A DNA stretch of 64,000 nucleotides. It comes from an uncultured Trueperaceae bacterium. GTDB taxonomy: Bacteria > Deinococcota > Deinococci > Deinococcales > Trueperaceae. Location: NCBI GenBank assembly GCA_963727505.1, contig CAVSGP010000004.1, forward strand, positions 544,001 to 608,000. The letters are read 5' to 3'. Shown here one piece after another: positions 19,049 through 30,616 of the stretch; within the stretch, counting starts at the first letter, position 1, and each line of letters begins with the position of its first letter. The translations under genes were made by a program, and so were the position numbers. A model generated the notes under the pieces. That model saw nothing but the letters and a program-made list of their open reading frames with translations, did no database searches and was not told the DNA's origin.

Positions 19049-19114
19049 GACGGAAGAGATGGTGGTTGGGAGATCCCGGAGCGGCGGTTGGGAGCCACAA
19101 GCTCCGGGTTTTTC
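19049..19114 (+). ncRNA. Candidate G/A-rich small RNA (~65 nt), possible sponge of the neighbouring UCCC sRNA
   Basis: Extended -10 upstream and terminator CCCGGAGC…GCTCCGGG-TTTTT. Carries CGGAAGAGATGG and two GGTTGGGAG motifs complementary to 19236-19265. Confidence 0.45.
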
Positions 19115-19180
19115 TGTGCCGTTGGGCGTTCGCTTCCAGAACCGCGAGCCGATCCCATGCCGACGGCCCGCCTGTCGGGG

Positions 19181-19214
19181 CTGTAAGAATCCTGTAAGAA
19201 TGCCTGGCTATACT
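19181..19214 (+). promoter_or_regulatory. Activator-type promoter: 11-bp-period direct repeat plus -10
   Basis: CTGTAAGAATC-CTGTAAGAATG. The second CTGTAAG ends exactly 10 nt before TATACT (19209-19214), the same geometry as a pho box. Confidence 0.65.
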
Positions 19215-19220
19215 CAAGTC

Positions 19221-19307
19221 GTGGACCTGAGGTAACTCTCCCAGTACCTCTTCCCATCTCTTCCGAACAACGGGCTCCGCGCCTCCCACGCGGAGTCCAA
19301 CTTTTTT
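19221..19307 (+). ncRNA. Candidate C/U-rich trans-acting small RNA (~87 nt) with three UCCC motifs
   Basis: Dedicated promoter upstream. Hairpin GAGGTA/TACCTC with loop ACTCTCCCAG, linker TTCCCATCTCTTCCGAAC, and terminator GGGCTCCGCG-cctccca-CGCGGAGTCC-AACTTTTTT. Confidence 0.6.
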
Positions 19308-19538
19308 GGGCCCCTGCGATACAGGGGCGCGATGCACCGGGCCGTAGCATTACAGCCAGCATCGTGTGCTGACCCGTGCTCCGCGCGGAATATGGCGGGA
19401 ATATGGCGGTTCGGTACGGGCTGTGCAGCGACCCTCAACGACCGCGCTGTCGTACCGCATTTGCTTGCGGGGGACCCCGAAAGTGTGTTAAAAAGGGTAG
19501 TTGCCAGCTTACCCAAATCCGAGGAGGAAGCCCATTTC

Positions 19539-21776
<2,238 letters not shown>

Positions 21777-21794
21777 GCCCAGAACTGCCATAAC

Positions 21795-21829
21795 GAAGGG
21801 GCATCGCTCGCGACGAGCGATGCCCCTTC
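21795..21829. terminator. Hairpin terminator between the convergent rpsA and htpX genes
   Basis: GAAGGGGCATCGCTCG-cga-CGAGCGATGCCCCTTC. Confidence 0.8.
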
Positions 21830-21888
21830 TGCTTGGACCTACGCTGACAGCACGAGCGCTGCCCTCGAGCGCCGGTCCGGCGACCGGT

Positions 21889-22863
21889 CTACATGCGCCG
21901 CAGCCGGTCGACCCTCTCCTGGATGGGCGGGTGGGTGGCGAAGAGGTCCACGCCGTTGTGCCTCGCAAGGGGATTCACGATGAACATGTGACGCACACCC
22001 TCGGAGACCTCGAGGCCGTCACCCTGGTAGCTGCCGAGCTTCTCCAGTGCACTGGCCAGGCCCTCCGGGTTGCGGGTGATGTACGCACCGGTGGCGTCGG
22101 CCAGGAACTCACGCCGGCGGCTCACAGCAAGCCTCAGGATGGTCGCCAGGATGGGACCGAGCACCAGAAGGGCGACCAGCAGGACCATCATGATGCCCTG
22201 GCCACGATTGTTGCCGCGGCCTCCGCCGCGACGGCTGCGCGACCCCCCCAACTCGCCGAACTGGAACCACCGCAGCACAAGGTCCCGCAGGATGACGATC
22301 GCGCCAATGGTCGCAGCCAGCATCGACAGGAACCGAATGTCGTAGTTGCGCACGTGCGCCATCTCGTGAGCGACCACGCCCTCGAGTTCCTGCCGGTCCA
22401 TCATGTCGATGAGACCGCGCGTCACCGCGATCGATGCGTGCTGTGGGTCGCGCCCGGTGGCGAAGGCGTTGGGCGCGGGTGAGTCGATGACGTAGATGCG
22501 GGGCGGGGGTACCCCCGCCCCGATGGCGACCGCCTCGGTGACGTTGACGAGGTAGCGGTGCTCGTCCTTGGTGGCCTTGCGGGCACCTGCTGCTCCCAGC
22601 GCGAGCTGATCGCTGAACCAGTACGCCACCACACTCTGCCCGGCCCCGATGACACCCGCCACCGACACGAAGAACAGGGCCGACCCTGGGTTCGTGACCT
22701 GCGCCAGCAGGTAGCCGATGGCACCGAGCAGCGCCACCATGATGAGCCCCAGCCCCCACGACATCCGGCGATTGGTCGCTTGCCAGTCCAGGAGGTTGAT
22801 ACGCCTCCCGGTGGCACCGTCGGTGATGACGTTCGGCAGGACCCCTGCGCCGCGTGACGTCAT
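21889..22863 (-). CDS. htpX: M48 family zinc metalloprotease HtpX-like
   Basis: 'PNAFATG', 'AHEMAH', 'SRRREFLAD', 'THPP'; follows lemA. Confidence 0.88.
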   Translation of the reverse strand: MTSRGAGVLPNVITDGATGRRINLLDWQATNRRMSWGLGLIMVALLGAIGYLLAQVTNPGSALFFVSVAGVIGAGQSVVAYWFSDQLALGAAGARKATKDEHRYLVNVTEAVAIGAGVPPPRIYVIDSPAPNAFATGRDPQHASIAVTRGLIDMMDRQELEGVVAHEMAHVRNYDIRFLSMLAATIGAIVILRDLVLRWFQFGELGGSRSRRGGGRGNNRGQGIMMVLLVALLVLGPILATILRLAVSRRREFLADATGAYITRNPEGLASALEKLGSYQGDGLEVSEGVRHMFIVNPLARHNGVDLFATHPPIQERVDRLRRM

Positions 22864-22886
22864 GATGGGTCTGTCGCCGGCTCAGC

Positions 22887-23441
22887 TCAGCCCGCGAACG
22901 ACACCTTCGGGACTTCGCGATCGGCTTCGGGGATCTCCAGGAAGACCGCCTGCTTCTTGTTCATGGGGCCGGCCAGGAACACGCCGGGGATGGTCTCGAT
23001 GGCGTTGTTGTACTGCAGCACGGCATCGTTGTAGAACTGACGGGCGTAAGCGATCTTGTTCTCGACGCTCGACAGCTCTTCCTGAAGCATCTTGAAGTTC
23101 TCGTTCGCCTTGAGCTCCGGGTAGTTCTCGGCGATGGCGAACAGCCGACCCAACGCACCCGTCATCTGGTTGGCGGCGTCCGCCGACTCGTTGACGCTCT
23201 TGGCATTCATGAGGGCCTGCCGCGACCGCGCGACCTCCTCGAACACGGTCTTCTCGTGGGCGGCGTAGCCCTTGACCGTCTCGACGAGGTTCGGGATCAG
23301 GTCGACGCGTCGCTTGAGCTGCACGTCGATCTGGCTCCATGCGTTCTGGAAGCGGTTCTCCAAACTGATGATCCGGTTGTAGACACTTACCGCCGAGATC
23401 GCCAGGATGGCCAGAATGACCAACACCACGATGGTCGCCAT
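22887..23441 (-). CDS. lemA: LemA family protein
   Basis: '[28 protein letters not shown]', 'ENYPELKAN', 'RQFYN'. Confidence 0.95.
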   Translation of the reverse strand: MATIVVLVILAILAISAVSVYNRIISLENRFQNAWSQIDVQLKRRVDLIPNLVETVKGYAAHEKTVFEEVARSRQALMNAKSVNESADAANQMTGALGRLFAIAENYPELKANENFKMLQEELSSVENKIAYARQFYNDAVLQYNNAIETIPGVFLAGPMNKKQAVFLEIPEADREVPKVSFAG

Positions 23442-23533
23442 AAGACCTCCTAGCGTTCAGTGTATAGGACGCCACTACGACAGCAGGGGGAAAATCTACG
23501 ATGACAGGCGCAGCGCCCCGCAGGACATCGCCG

Positions 23534-24637
23534 TCAACGCAACCGCTCGCGGATGACGCCTCCACCGAGCAGGCGCTCTCCCTCGTACAGGACGGCGGAC
23601 TGACCGACCGTCACCGCGAATTGCGGCTCGTCGAAGTCGAGGCGGAAACCTTCGCCCGTTCGCGTCAGGGTCGCCGGTACCGGGCTCTGCCGGTAGCGCA
23701 CCTGCGCGTGGACCTGCCGCGGGAGGTCGGCCTCGCCCACCAGGAAGTTGCTGCGATCAGCCGTCAGGCCCGACCAGAAGCACATCTCTCGCGGGCCAAC
23801 GACCACCGTGTCGTCCTCGGGGCGGAGCTCGATGACGTAGCGCTCCAGATGCGACTTCCACAGGCCAAGCCCCTTCTTCTGGCCGATGGTGTAGAACTGA
23901 ACGCCCCGGTGCTCGCCCACCACGGCGTCGCCACGGCTGGCGTCCACGACAGGGCCCGGCCGCTCCTGGCTGGCGTCCTGCAGGTAGCCCCGAACCGTGT
24001 CCGGCACGAAGCACAGACCCGACGAGCTCTTCTTCTCGGCCGTGAGCAGACCGCGATCGGCCGCCAGGGAACGCACCTCGCCCTTGCTCAGCTCCCCCAG
24101 AGGGAACAGTAGGAAGGGCAGGATCTCGCGTGGCAGAGCCCACAGAAAGTAGGTCTGGTCCTTGTCGTCGTCCTGTCCACGGTGCAGCTCGACGCCGTCG
24201 GGCCCGTCGACGCGCCGCACGTAGTGGCCGGTGGCGAGGAAGTCGCACCCCAGCACTTGCGCACGCTCGATGAACGCGCCGAACTTGATGTGGCGGTTGC
24301 ACCATACGCACGGGTTCGGGGTCTCGCCGGCCTCGTAGCTCGGCACGAACGGATCGACCACGATCTCTTGGAAGCGCTCCCGGAAATCGAGCAGGTAGAA
24401 GGGGACGTCCACAGCGTCCGCCACGCGCCGCGCATCGTAGGCGGCCTCCGGGCTGCAGCACAGGTCGAAGGCGCCGGTTGGACAGTCGTCGGGCCAGAAG
24501 CGGGCCATCGTTCCGACGACCTCGAAGCCGCCCTCACGCAGCAAGGCGGTGGCGACCGACGAGTCCACACCGCCCGACATGGCGCTGAGCACCTTCGGGG
24601 CGGCGGCGGGGTTCGGGGTTGGGTCGAGCCGTTCCAC
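23534..24637 (-). CDS. mnmA: tRNA-specific 2-thiouridylase MnmA
   Basis: 'AMSGGVDSSV', 'TPNPCVWCN', 'ATGHY', 'KDQTYFL', 'GQSAVLY'. GTG start. Confidence 0.95.
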   Translation of the reverse strand: MERLDPTPNPAAAPKVLSAMSGGVDSSVATALLREGGFEVVGTMARFWPDDCPTGAFDLCCSPEAAYDARRVADAVDVPFYLLDFRERFQEIVVDPFVPSYEAGETPNPCVWCNRHIKFGAFIERAQVLGCDFLATGHYVRRVDGPDGVELHRGQDDDKDQTYFLWALPREILPFLLFPLGELSKGEVRSLAADRGLLTAEKKSSSGLCFVPDTVRGYLQDASQERPGPVVDASRGDAVVGEHRGVQFYTIGQKKGLGLWKSHLERYVIELRPEDDTVVVGPREMCFWSGLTADRSNFLVGEADLPRQVHAQVRYRQSPVPATLTRTGEGFRLDFDEPQFAVTVGQSAVLYEGERLLGGGVIRERLR

Positions 24638-24742
24638 AGCCAACCAGTCTAGCCGACCCTGCCGCGCATGACCCCAGATGAGCGACACCCTGCCCCAGGG
24701 GCTGCCGGAACGTACGGTAGACTGGTCCGCACGGAGGTGGAT

Positions 24743-25111
24743 GTGAAAGGCGCTCGCATCCTGCAGCTCGTTCTGGTCATCCTGTTGGCGCTCTACATGG
24801 TGGCGTTCAACAATGTGAACCCGGATCCCCTGACGTTGCCGCTGCTCCCCATGCTGATCCCACTGCCGCCGGTGCTTGTGGTGATCGTCGCGTTGGTAGG
24901 CGGGTGGCTGCTCGGGTGGATCCCCGTCCGGATCGCGCTGTGGCGCCGCAGTAGTGAGACCCGTCGGCTGCGCCGGCGCCTGAGCGAGCTGGAGGGGGGG
25001 CATCCGTCGGGCGGAACGGCTCCCGCGGAGCGCGAGCCCGTCATCCCGGACCGTTTTCCTATCATCCCGGACCGGCCACCGCCTCCGGACGAGGAGACCG
25101 AGCCGTCGTGA
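24743..25111 (+). CDS. LapA/DUF1049-like small membrane protein
   Basis: Two TM segments followed by a basic coiled-coil 'RRLRRRLSELE'. SD GGAGG before GTG; stop overlaps the recJ start. Confidence 0.65.
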   Translation: MKGARILQLVLVILLALYMVAFNNVNPDPLTLPLLPMLIPLPPVLVVIVALVGGWLLGWIPVRIALWRRSSETRRLRRRLSELEGGHPSGGTAPAEREPVIPDRFPIIPDRPPPPDEETEPS

Positions 25112-27423
25112 CCCCGGCCGACGACCCTCGGCCGCCCTCGCCCGCCTGGTTCCTGCGTCCTCCTGCACCCCCGCAAGCCGTCCGTTCGCTGGCGCGCAGC
25201 CTCGGTGTGCCGCCGCTGCTGGCGGCCATGCTGTGGTCGCGGGGGCTGCGCGACGATGCTCCCGAGCACCTCAATCCGCCGCTCGAGCTCACCCGCATTC
25301 CCCACCTCGAGGCGGCCGCCGAGCGGCTCGAGCGAGCCATCCGCGGCGGTCAGCGCATCCTCGTGCACGGCGACTACGACGCCGACGGTATCAGCGGCAC
25401 CGCCGTCCTGACCCTGGGCCTGCGCGAGCTGGGCGCGAGCGTCGAGCCGTTCATCCCCGATCGGCTCACCGACGGTTACGGCATCCACCCCGACCGGGTG
25501 CCGGAACACGCGGAACGCTGCGAGCTGTTCGTCACCGTCGACTGCGGCATCTCCAACCTCGAGGAGATCCGCCGCCTCCAGGAGGCCGACGTCGACGTGA
25601 TCGTCACCGACCACCACACTCCAGGTGACGCCCGGCCCGACTGCCTGGTCGTCCATCCTGCCACCTCGCCGCTCGCCACCGACGGCCTGCCGCAGCTCAC
25701 CGGCGCCGGCGTGGCCTTCCACCTCCTGTGGGCGTTGCGCCTCCGCCTCGGACTCGAAAGGCCGGACGACTACGCCGATCTGGCGGCCATCGGCACCATC
25801 GCCGACGTCGCTCCGCTGCTGGGCGAGAACCGCGCCCTCATCGTGCCGGGCCTGGAGCGCCTGGCGGACTCGCGCTGGGCGGGCGTCCGGGCCATCGTCA
25901 AGCAGTCGCACCTACGCGGCGCGATCACCGCGCGGCAGGTGGCCTTCGTGGTCGCGCCGAGGCTCAACGCCGCCGGCCGGTTGGGCGAGGCCGATCTGGG
26001 GCTGGAGTTGCTCACCACGGCCAGCGAGCGCAGGGCCAGCGAGCTCGCCGCCTACCTCGATGCCCGAAATCAGGACCGGCGCCGCATCCAGGACGAGATG
26101 TTCGCCCAGGCTCTGGAGATCGTCGACCCGGAAGCTCCGGCGCTGGTGGTCGAGGACGCGCGCTGGCATCCCGGCGTCATGGGCATCGTCGCCTCGAAGT
26201 TGCTCGAGCGCTTCTACAAGCCCGTCTACATCGTCGCCAAGGGCAAGGGCAGCGTTCGCTCCACGCCCGGCATCTCCGCGGTCAACGGGCTCCGCGCCGC
26301 ATCCGAGCATCTGCTCCGTTACGGGGGCCATGCCCAGGCCGCCGGATTCGCCCTGGACATGGCGAAGCTGCCGGCGTTCCGTGACGCCATCCACACCTAT
26401 GCCTCGCGCTTCCCCCGCCCGCAGCCGCAGATCACGGCCGACGCCGTGCTCTCGGGCGAGGAGGTCGAACGGGGATTGTGGCAGGCCATCCGGACCCTCG
26501 AGCCCTTCGGGGAGGGCCATCCCGCACCGGTCTTCGCCCTCATCGATCGGCTCGACAGCGCCCGCGCCGTGGGACGCGAACGCGCCACGCTGCAGCTCAG
26601 GATCGGGGGTGTGAAGGGCGTGGCCTGGAAGATGGGCACGCTGGCAGACGCCTTGCCGCTGGGCGCGCCCGTCAACGCGGCCGTGACGCTGGCCGAGAGC
26701 GAGTGGCGCGACCGGAAGACCTTGGAGTTCGTGGCGGAGGCCGTACGCCCGTTCGAGCGCCTGCCGCTTGTTCCGGTCGAAGGAGGTGCCGGCGCGGCCG
26801 ACCCCGGCATCCCCCGCGTGATCCGCGGCAGTTTGCCTGACGTCCGCCCCCTGGACGCTCCGGACCTCGACGCGCTGGTCGCCAGCCCGAACGGTCCGCC
26901 GCACGCCGTCTCTGCCGTCTGGCTCCGCCGGCTTCCGGACGACGACGCCGTCCACGCACTGCGCGCGGTGATGGCGCGTGCGTCGCGGATCGGATTCGAC
27001 CTGGACGCCTCCGCGCTCGCCGCGCTGCAAACCCAGGCGCTGCGCTTCCCCACCGTGGACGAGGTGCGACGTGGCTTCGTGGCTCTGCGGCGGGGCCTCG
27101 CGCTGCCCTTCGAAGGAGCCAAGGCCGCGCGCACCCGGGCGGCGCTGGAGGAGCTCGAGCTCGTGGACGGCAGTGGCCGCGTGCTGAGCGGACAGAAGCG
27201 CGATCCCTACTCCTCGGATACCCTGCTCGACGGCCTGCTGCAGCGCCACCTGCTGCTGCGCTTCGTCACCGCCTACCGCTTCCTCGATGACGCCGGCTTC
27301 GCTCGCAGCGTGGAGACCCTCTTCGGCGCGAACGCAGCGCTTTCCGATGAAGCCGCGGCGCGCGCCGCGGGGGCGCTGCCGACCTCACCGAAGGTCGTAT
27401 CGGATGGCATCGCCGGCCGTTGA
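25108..27423 (+). CDS. recJ: Single-stranded-DNA exonuclease RecJ with C-terminal extension
   Basis: 'HGDYDADG', 'TVDCG', 'TDHH', 'GTIADV', 'PRLNAAGR', 'GGHAQAAG', 'EPFGEG'. Confidence 0.95.
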   Translation: MTPADDPRPPSPAWFLRPPAPPQAVRSLARSLGVPPLLAAMLWSRGLRDDAPEHLNPPLELTRIPHLEAAAERLERAIRGGQRILVHGDYDADGISGTAVLTLGLRELGASVEPFIPDRLTDGYGIHPDRVPEHAERCELFVTVDCGISNLEEIRRLQEADVDVIVTDHHTPGDARPDCLVVHPATSPLATDGLPQLTGAGVAFHLLWALRLRLGLERPDDYADLAAIGTIADVAPLLGENRALIVPGLERLADSRWAGVRAIVKQSHLRGAITARQVAFVVAPRLNAAGRLGEADLGLELLTTASERRASELAAYLDARNQDRRRIQDEMFAQALEIVDPEAPALVVEDARWHPGVMGIVASKLLERFYKPVYIVAKGKGSVRSTPGISAVNGLRAASEHLLRYGGHAQAAGFALDMAKLPAFRDAIHTYASRFPRPQPQITADAVLSGEEVERGLWQAIRTLEPFGEGHPAPVFALIDRLDSARAVGRERATLQLRIGGVKGVAWKMGTLADALPLGAPVNAAVTLAESEWRDRKTLEFVAEAVRPFERLPLVPVEGGAGAADPGIPRVIRGSLPDVRPLDAPDLDALVASPNGPPHAVSAVWLRRLPDDDAVHALRAVMARASRIGFDLDASALAALQTQALRFPTVDEVRRGFVALRRGLALPFEGAKAARTRAALEELELVDGSGRVLSGQKRDPYSSDTLLDGLLQRHLLLRFVTAYRFLDDAGFARSVETLFGANAALSDEAAARAAGALPTSPKVVSDGIAGR

Positions 27424-27466
27424 GCGGCCTGGCCGAACTCCGTGAGGCGCGTGCGATACTGACGGC

Positions 27467-30385
27467 ATGACCAGCCCCGCCGCGTCGCCGTTGCCCGTGG
27501 ACCCTTCGACCGTCGTCACGCTGGAGCGCGAGCTGAAGGCACGGCTGCAGGGCGAGGTGCGCTTCGACGAGACCGCCCGCACGCTCTACGCGACCGATGC
27601 CAGCCCGTACGAGATCCGGCCGATCGGCGTCGTGGTTCCACGCACGGCCGACGACGTGCGGGCCACGGTCGAACTCGCCGCGCGTCACGGCGTGCCGCTG
27701 CTCCCGCGCGGCGGCGGGACCAGCCTGGCGGGCCAGACCGTGGGCCGCGCTCTGGTCGTGGACGTGTCGAAATATCTCGACCGGGTGCTCGAGGTGAACC
27801 TCGAAGAGCGCTGGGCGCGCGTCGAGCCCGGGGTGGTACGCGACCGTCTCAACGCCGAGCTCGCGCCCCACGGCCTGCAGTTCACGCCCGACATCTCCAC
27901 CACCAGCCGCGCCAACATCGGCGGGATGGTCGCCAACAACTCGGCGGGGACGCGCAGCATCAAGTACGGCATGACGGTCGACCAGGTCGAGAGCATGCGC
28001 GTACTGTTGATGGACGGCACCGAGCTGGAGCTGGGGCCCGTCGACGACGAAGCGCTCCGAGCCAAGCTGGGTCAACGGGACCGCGAGGGCGAGCTCTACC
28101 GGACCGTGCACCACATCGTGACAGAGCACGCCGATGAGATCGACGCGCGCTATCCGAAGATCATGCGGCGCGTCGGGGGCTACAACCTCGATGAGTTCGC
28201 TCCCGGACGCCCCTTCAACCTGGCCAAGCTGGTATGCGGCAGCGAGGGCACGCTCGCCGTGATCCTGGACGTCACCGTACGCCTCGATCCCGTTCCCACC
28301 CACCGGCTGCTCGCCATGCTGCACTTCGAGACCCTGGAGAAGGCGCTCACGGCCGTGCAGCACGTGAACCGCCACGGCCCGTCGGCGGTCGAGCTGATGG
28401 ACAGGGACATCTTCGTGCTGGGCAGGCAGAATCGCGCCCTGGAGCCCCTGCTCGGCTGGCTGCAGGGCGACCCGGGCGCCGTCCTGATGGTGGAGTTCGA
28501 CGGCACCTCCCCACAGGAGATGCGCGCCGGGCTGCAGAGCCTGCAAGGAGACCCGGACGTCACCGGGCTCGCCTACGCTACGTATCTCGCCACGGCGCCC
28601 GAACAGCAGGCGCAGATCCTGCAGTTCCGGCGCGATGGGCTTGGCATCTACTCGACCGTGAAGGGGCGCAACAAGCCGACGCCCTTCGTGGAGGACAGCT
28701 CCGTGCCGGTCGAGAACCTGCCCGCCTACATCGCCGAAGTCGCCGAGGTCTGCCGTAAGCACGGCGTCCACGTCGTGTTCTACGCCCACGCCTCGGTCGG
28801 TGTGATCCACCTGCGTCCGCATCTCGACCTCAAGACCGAGCAGGGTGTCGCCGCCTTCGAGGCCATCAGCCGCGAGGTGTTCGAGCTGGTGAAGAAGTAC
28901 GGGGGGTCGTGGAGCGGCGAGCACGGTGACGGGCTGATCCGCTCCTACCAGAACCCCGCCATGTTCGGGCCGGTGCTCTACCAGGACTTCCGCGCCATCA
29001 AGGAGGCCTTCGACCCGGCGAAGCTGCTCAACCCGGGCAAGGTGGTCGACGCCCCGCCCATGACCGACGACCTGCGCTACGGCGCGGACTACCCCGAGGT
29101 GGAGCTCCCCACCCACTTCGATTTCTCCGCCGACGGCGGGTACCTCGGCGCGATCGAGAACTGCAACGGCGTGGGGGCGTGCCGCAAGGTCGGCACCGGC
29201 ACCATGTGCCCGAGCTACATGGCGACGCGCGACGAGGACCACAGCACGCGCGGGCGGGCCAACGTGCTGCGCGACGCCCTCAACGGCCGCATGCCCGGAG
29301 GTCTCACCAGCCGCGAGGTCTACGACGTGCTGGACCTGTGCCTGGAGTGCAAGGCGTGCAAGGCCGAGTGCCCCAGCCAGGTCGACATGGCGACGATCAA
29401 GTACGAGTTCTTGCAGCACTACTACGACGATCACGGCACCCCGCTGGCGGTGCGCGCCGTGGGCAACGTGGCCCGCGTCGCGCCGTTGGCACAGCGTCTG
29501 GCCCCGCTCAGCAACGCCCTGTTGCCCAGCGCGCCCGTGCGCTGGGCCATGGAGAAGCTGGTCGATGTCGACCGGCGGCGGGTGATGCCGCGCTACGCCA
29601 GGGAGACCTTCAAGCACTGGTTCGAGCGCGAGCGCGAGCGCGCATCGGTGCGGACAGCGGGCGCCGACCGCCGGGTGGCGCTGTTCGCCGACACCTGGAC
29701 GATGTTCAACGAGACGGCGCCGGGGCAGGCGGCGGTGCGGGTGCTCGAGGCGCTGGGCTACGCCGTCGAGCTGGTGCCGTACGGCTGCTGCGGGCGGCCG
29801 CAGCTGTCCAAGGGCCTGCTGCGCGAGGCCAAGGGGATGGCGCGGCGTAACGTGGAGCGGCTCCACCCCTACGTCGAGCGTGGCATCCCCGTGGTCGGGC
29901 TCGAGCCGTCCTGCGTCACCGCTCTCGCCGACGACTACCGGGGGTTGCTCCCGGGCGCCCGGACCGATGCCGTCGCCAACAACGTGGTGATGATCGACCA
30001 GTTCCTGGCCAAGGCCTGGACCCGCGGTGAGATCGATCCGTCCGCAGCCTTCGAGAAGCGGCCGGGAGAGACGATGCTGCACGGCCATTGCCAGCAGAAG
30101 GCGGTGCTGGGTACCGCTTCCACGCGAGCCGTGCTGGAGTGGGTCTCCGAGGAGGTCCGCGAGGTCGACTCCGGCTGCTGCGGCATGGCCGGATCGTTCG
30201 GCTACGGTCACCACGACCTATCGATGGCCATCGGCGAGCAACGCCTCTTCCCCGCCGTGCGCGAGCACCAGGGGGACACCGTGGCGTGTGGCTTCAGCTG
30301 CCGTCACCAGATCGCGGACGGCACCTCCAAGCAGGCGCGGCATGTCGTCGAGGTGCTGGAGGAGGCCCTCGCCCCGCGTCGTTGA
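27467..30385 (+). CDS. FAD-binding/Fe-S oxidoreductase (GlcD+GlcF fusion, YdiJ-like 2-hydroxyacid dehydrogenase)
   Basis: 'RGGGTSLAGQ', 'GSEGTL', 'SGEHGDG', CxxCxxCxxxC motifs, CCG domains. Confidence 0.9.
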   Translation: MTSPAASPLPVDPSTVVTLERELKARLQGEVRFDETARTLYATDASPYEIRPIGVVVPRTADDVRATVELAARHGVPLLPRGGGTSLAGQTVGRALVVDVSKYLDRVLEVNLEERWARVEPGVVRDRLNAELAPHGLQFTPDISTTSRANIGGMVANNSAGTRSIKYGMTVDQVESMRVLLMDGTELELGPVDDEALRAKLGQRDREGELYRTVHHIVTEHADEIDARYPKIMRRVGGYNLDEFAPGRPFNLAKLVCGSEGTLAVILDVTVRLDPVPTHRLLAMLHFETLEKALTAVQHVNRHGPSAVELMDRDIFVLGRQNRALEPLLGWLQGDPGAVLMVEFDGTSPQEMRAGLQSLQGDPDVTGLAYATYLATAPEQQAQILQFRRDGLGIYSTVKGRNKPTPFVEDSSVPVENLPAYIAEVAEVCRKHGVHVVFYAHASVGVIHLRPHLDLKTEQGVAAFEAISREVFELVKKYGGSWSGEHGDGLIRSYQNPAMFGPVLYQDFRAIKEAFDPAKLLNPGKVVDAPPMTDDLRYGADYPEVELPTHFDFSADGGYLGAIENCNGVGACRKVGTGTMCPSYMATRDEDHSTRGRANVLRDALNGRMPGGLTSREVYDVLDLCLECKACKAECPSQVDMATIKYEFLQHYYDDHGTPLAVRAVGNVARVAPLAQRLAPLSNALLPSAPVRWAMEKLVDVDRRRVMPRYARETFKHWFERERERASVRTAGADRRVALFADTWTMFNETAPGQAAVRVLEALGYAVELVPYGCCGRPQLSKGLLREAKGMARRNVERLHPYVERGIPVVGLEPSCVTALADDYRGLLPGARTDAVANNVVMIDQFLAKAWTRGEIDPSAAFEKRPGETMLHGHCQQKAVLGTASTRAVLEWVSEEVREVDSGCCGMAGSFGYGHHDLSMAIGEQRLFPAVREHQGDTVACGFSCRHQIADGTSKQARHVVEVLEEALAPRR

Positions 30386-30616
30386 AGGCCGCTGTCGGTC
30401 CTGTACGGAGAATCCGATCGCAGCGCCCGACCGCGGCACCGGCGTGCTGCGACCGCCCCAGCAGCCCCGGCCTACGGCGTCCGAGGGCGCCCGGCGGGAA
30501 GCGGTGACGGTTGCCCGGCACCCGCCAGAGATCACGCTTACCATGCGTTAGATCGGCTTCGTGGAGCGGCCTGTCGTGCCGCGGTCAACGCCGCGGTGTT
30601 CCCTAGGAGGGGTCTC

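Noticed and set aside
26700..27423. RecJ C-terminal extension as a novel fusion
   Set aside because: An additional C-terminal domain is already known for Deinococcus-Thermus RecJ.
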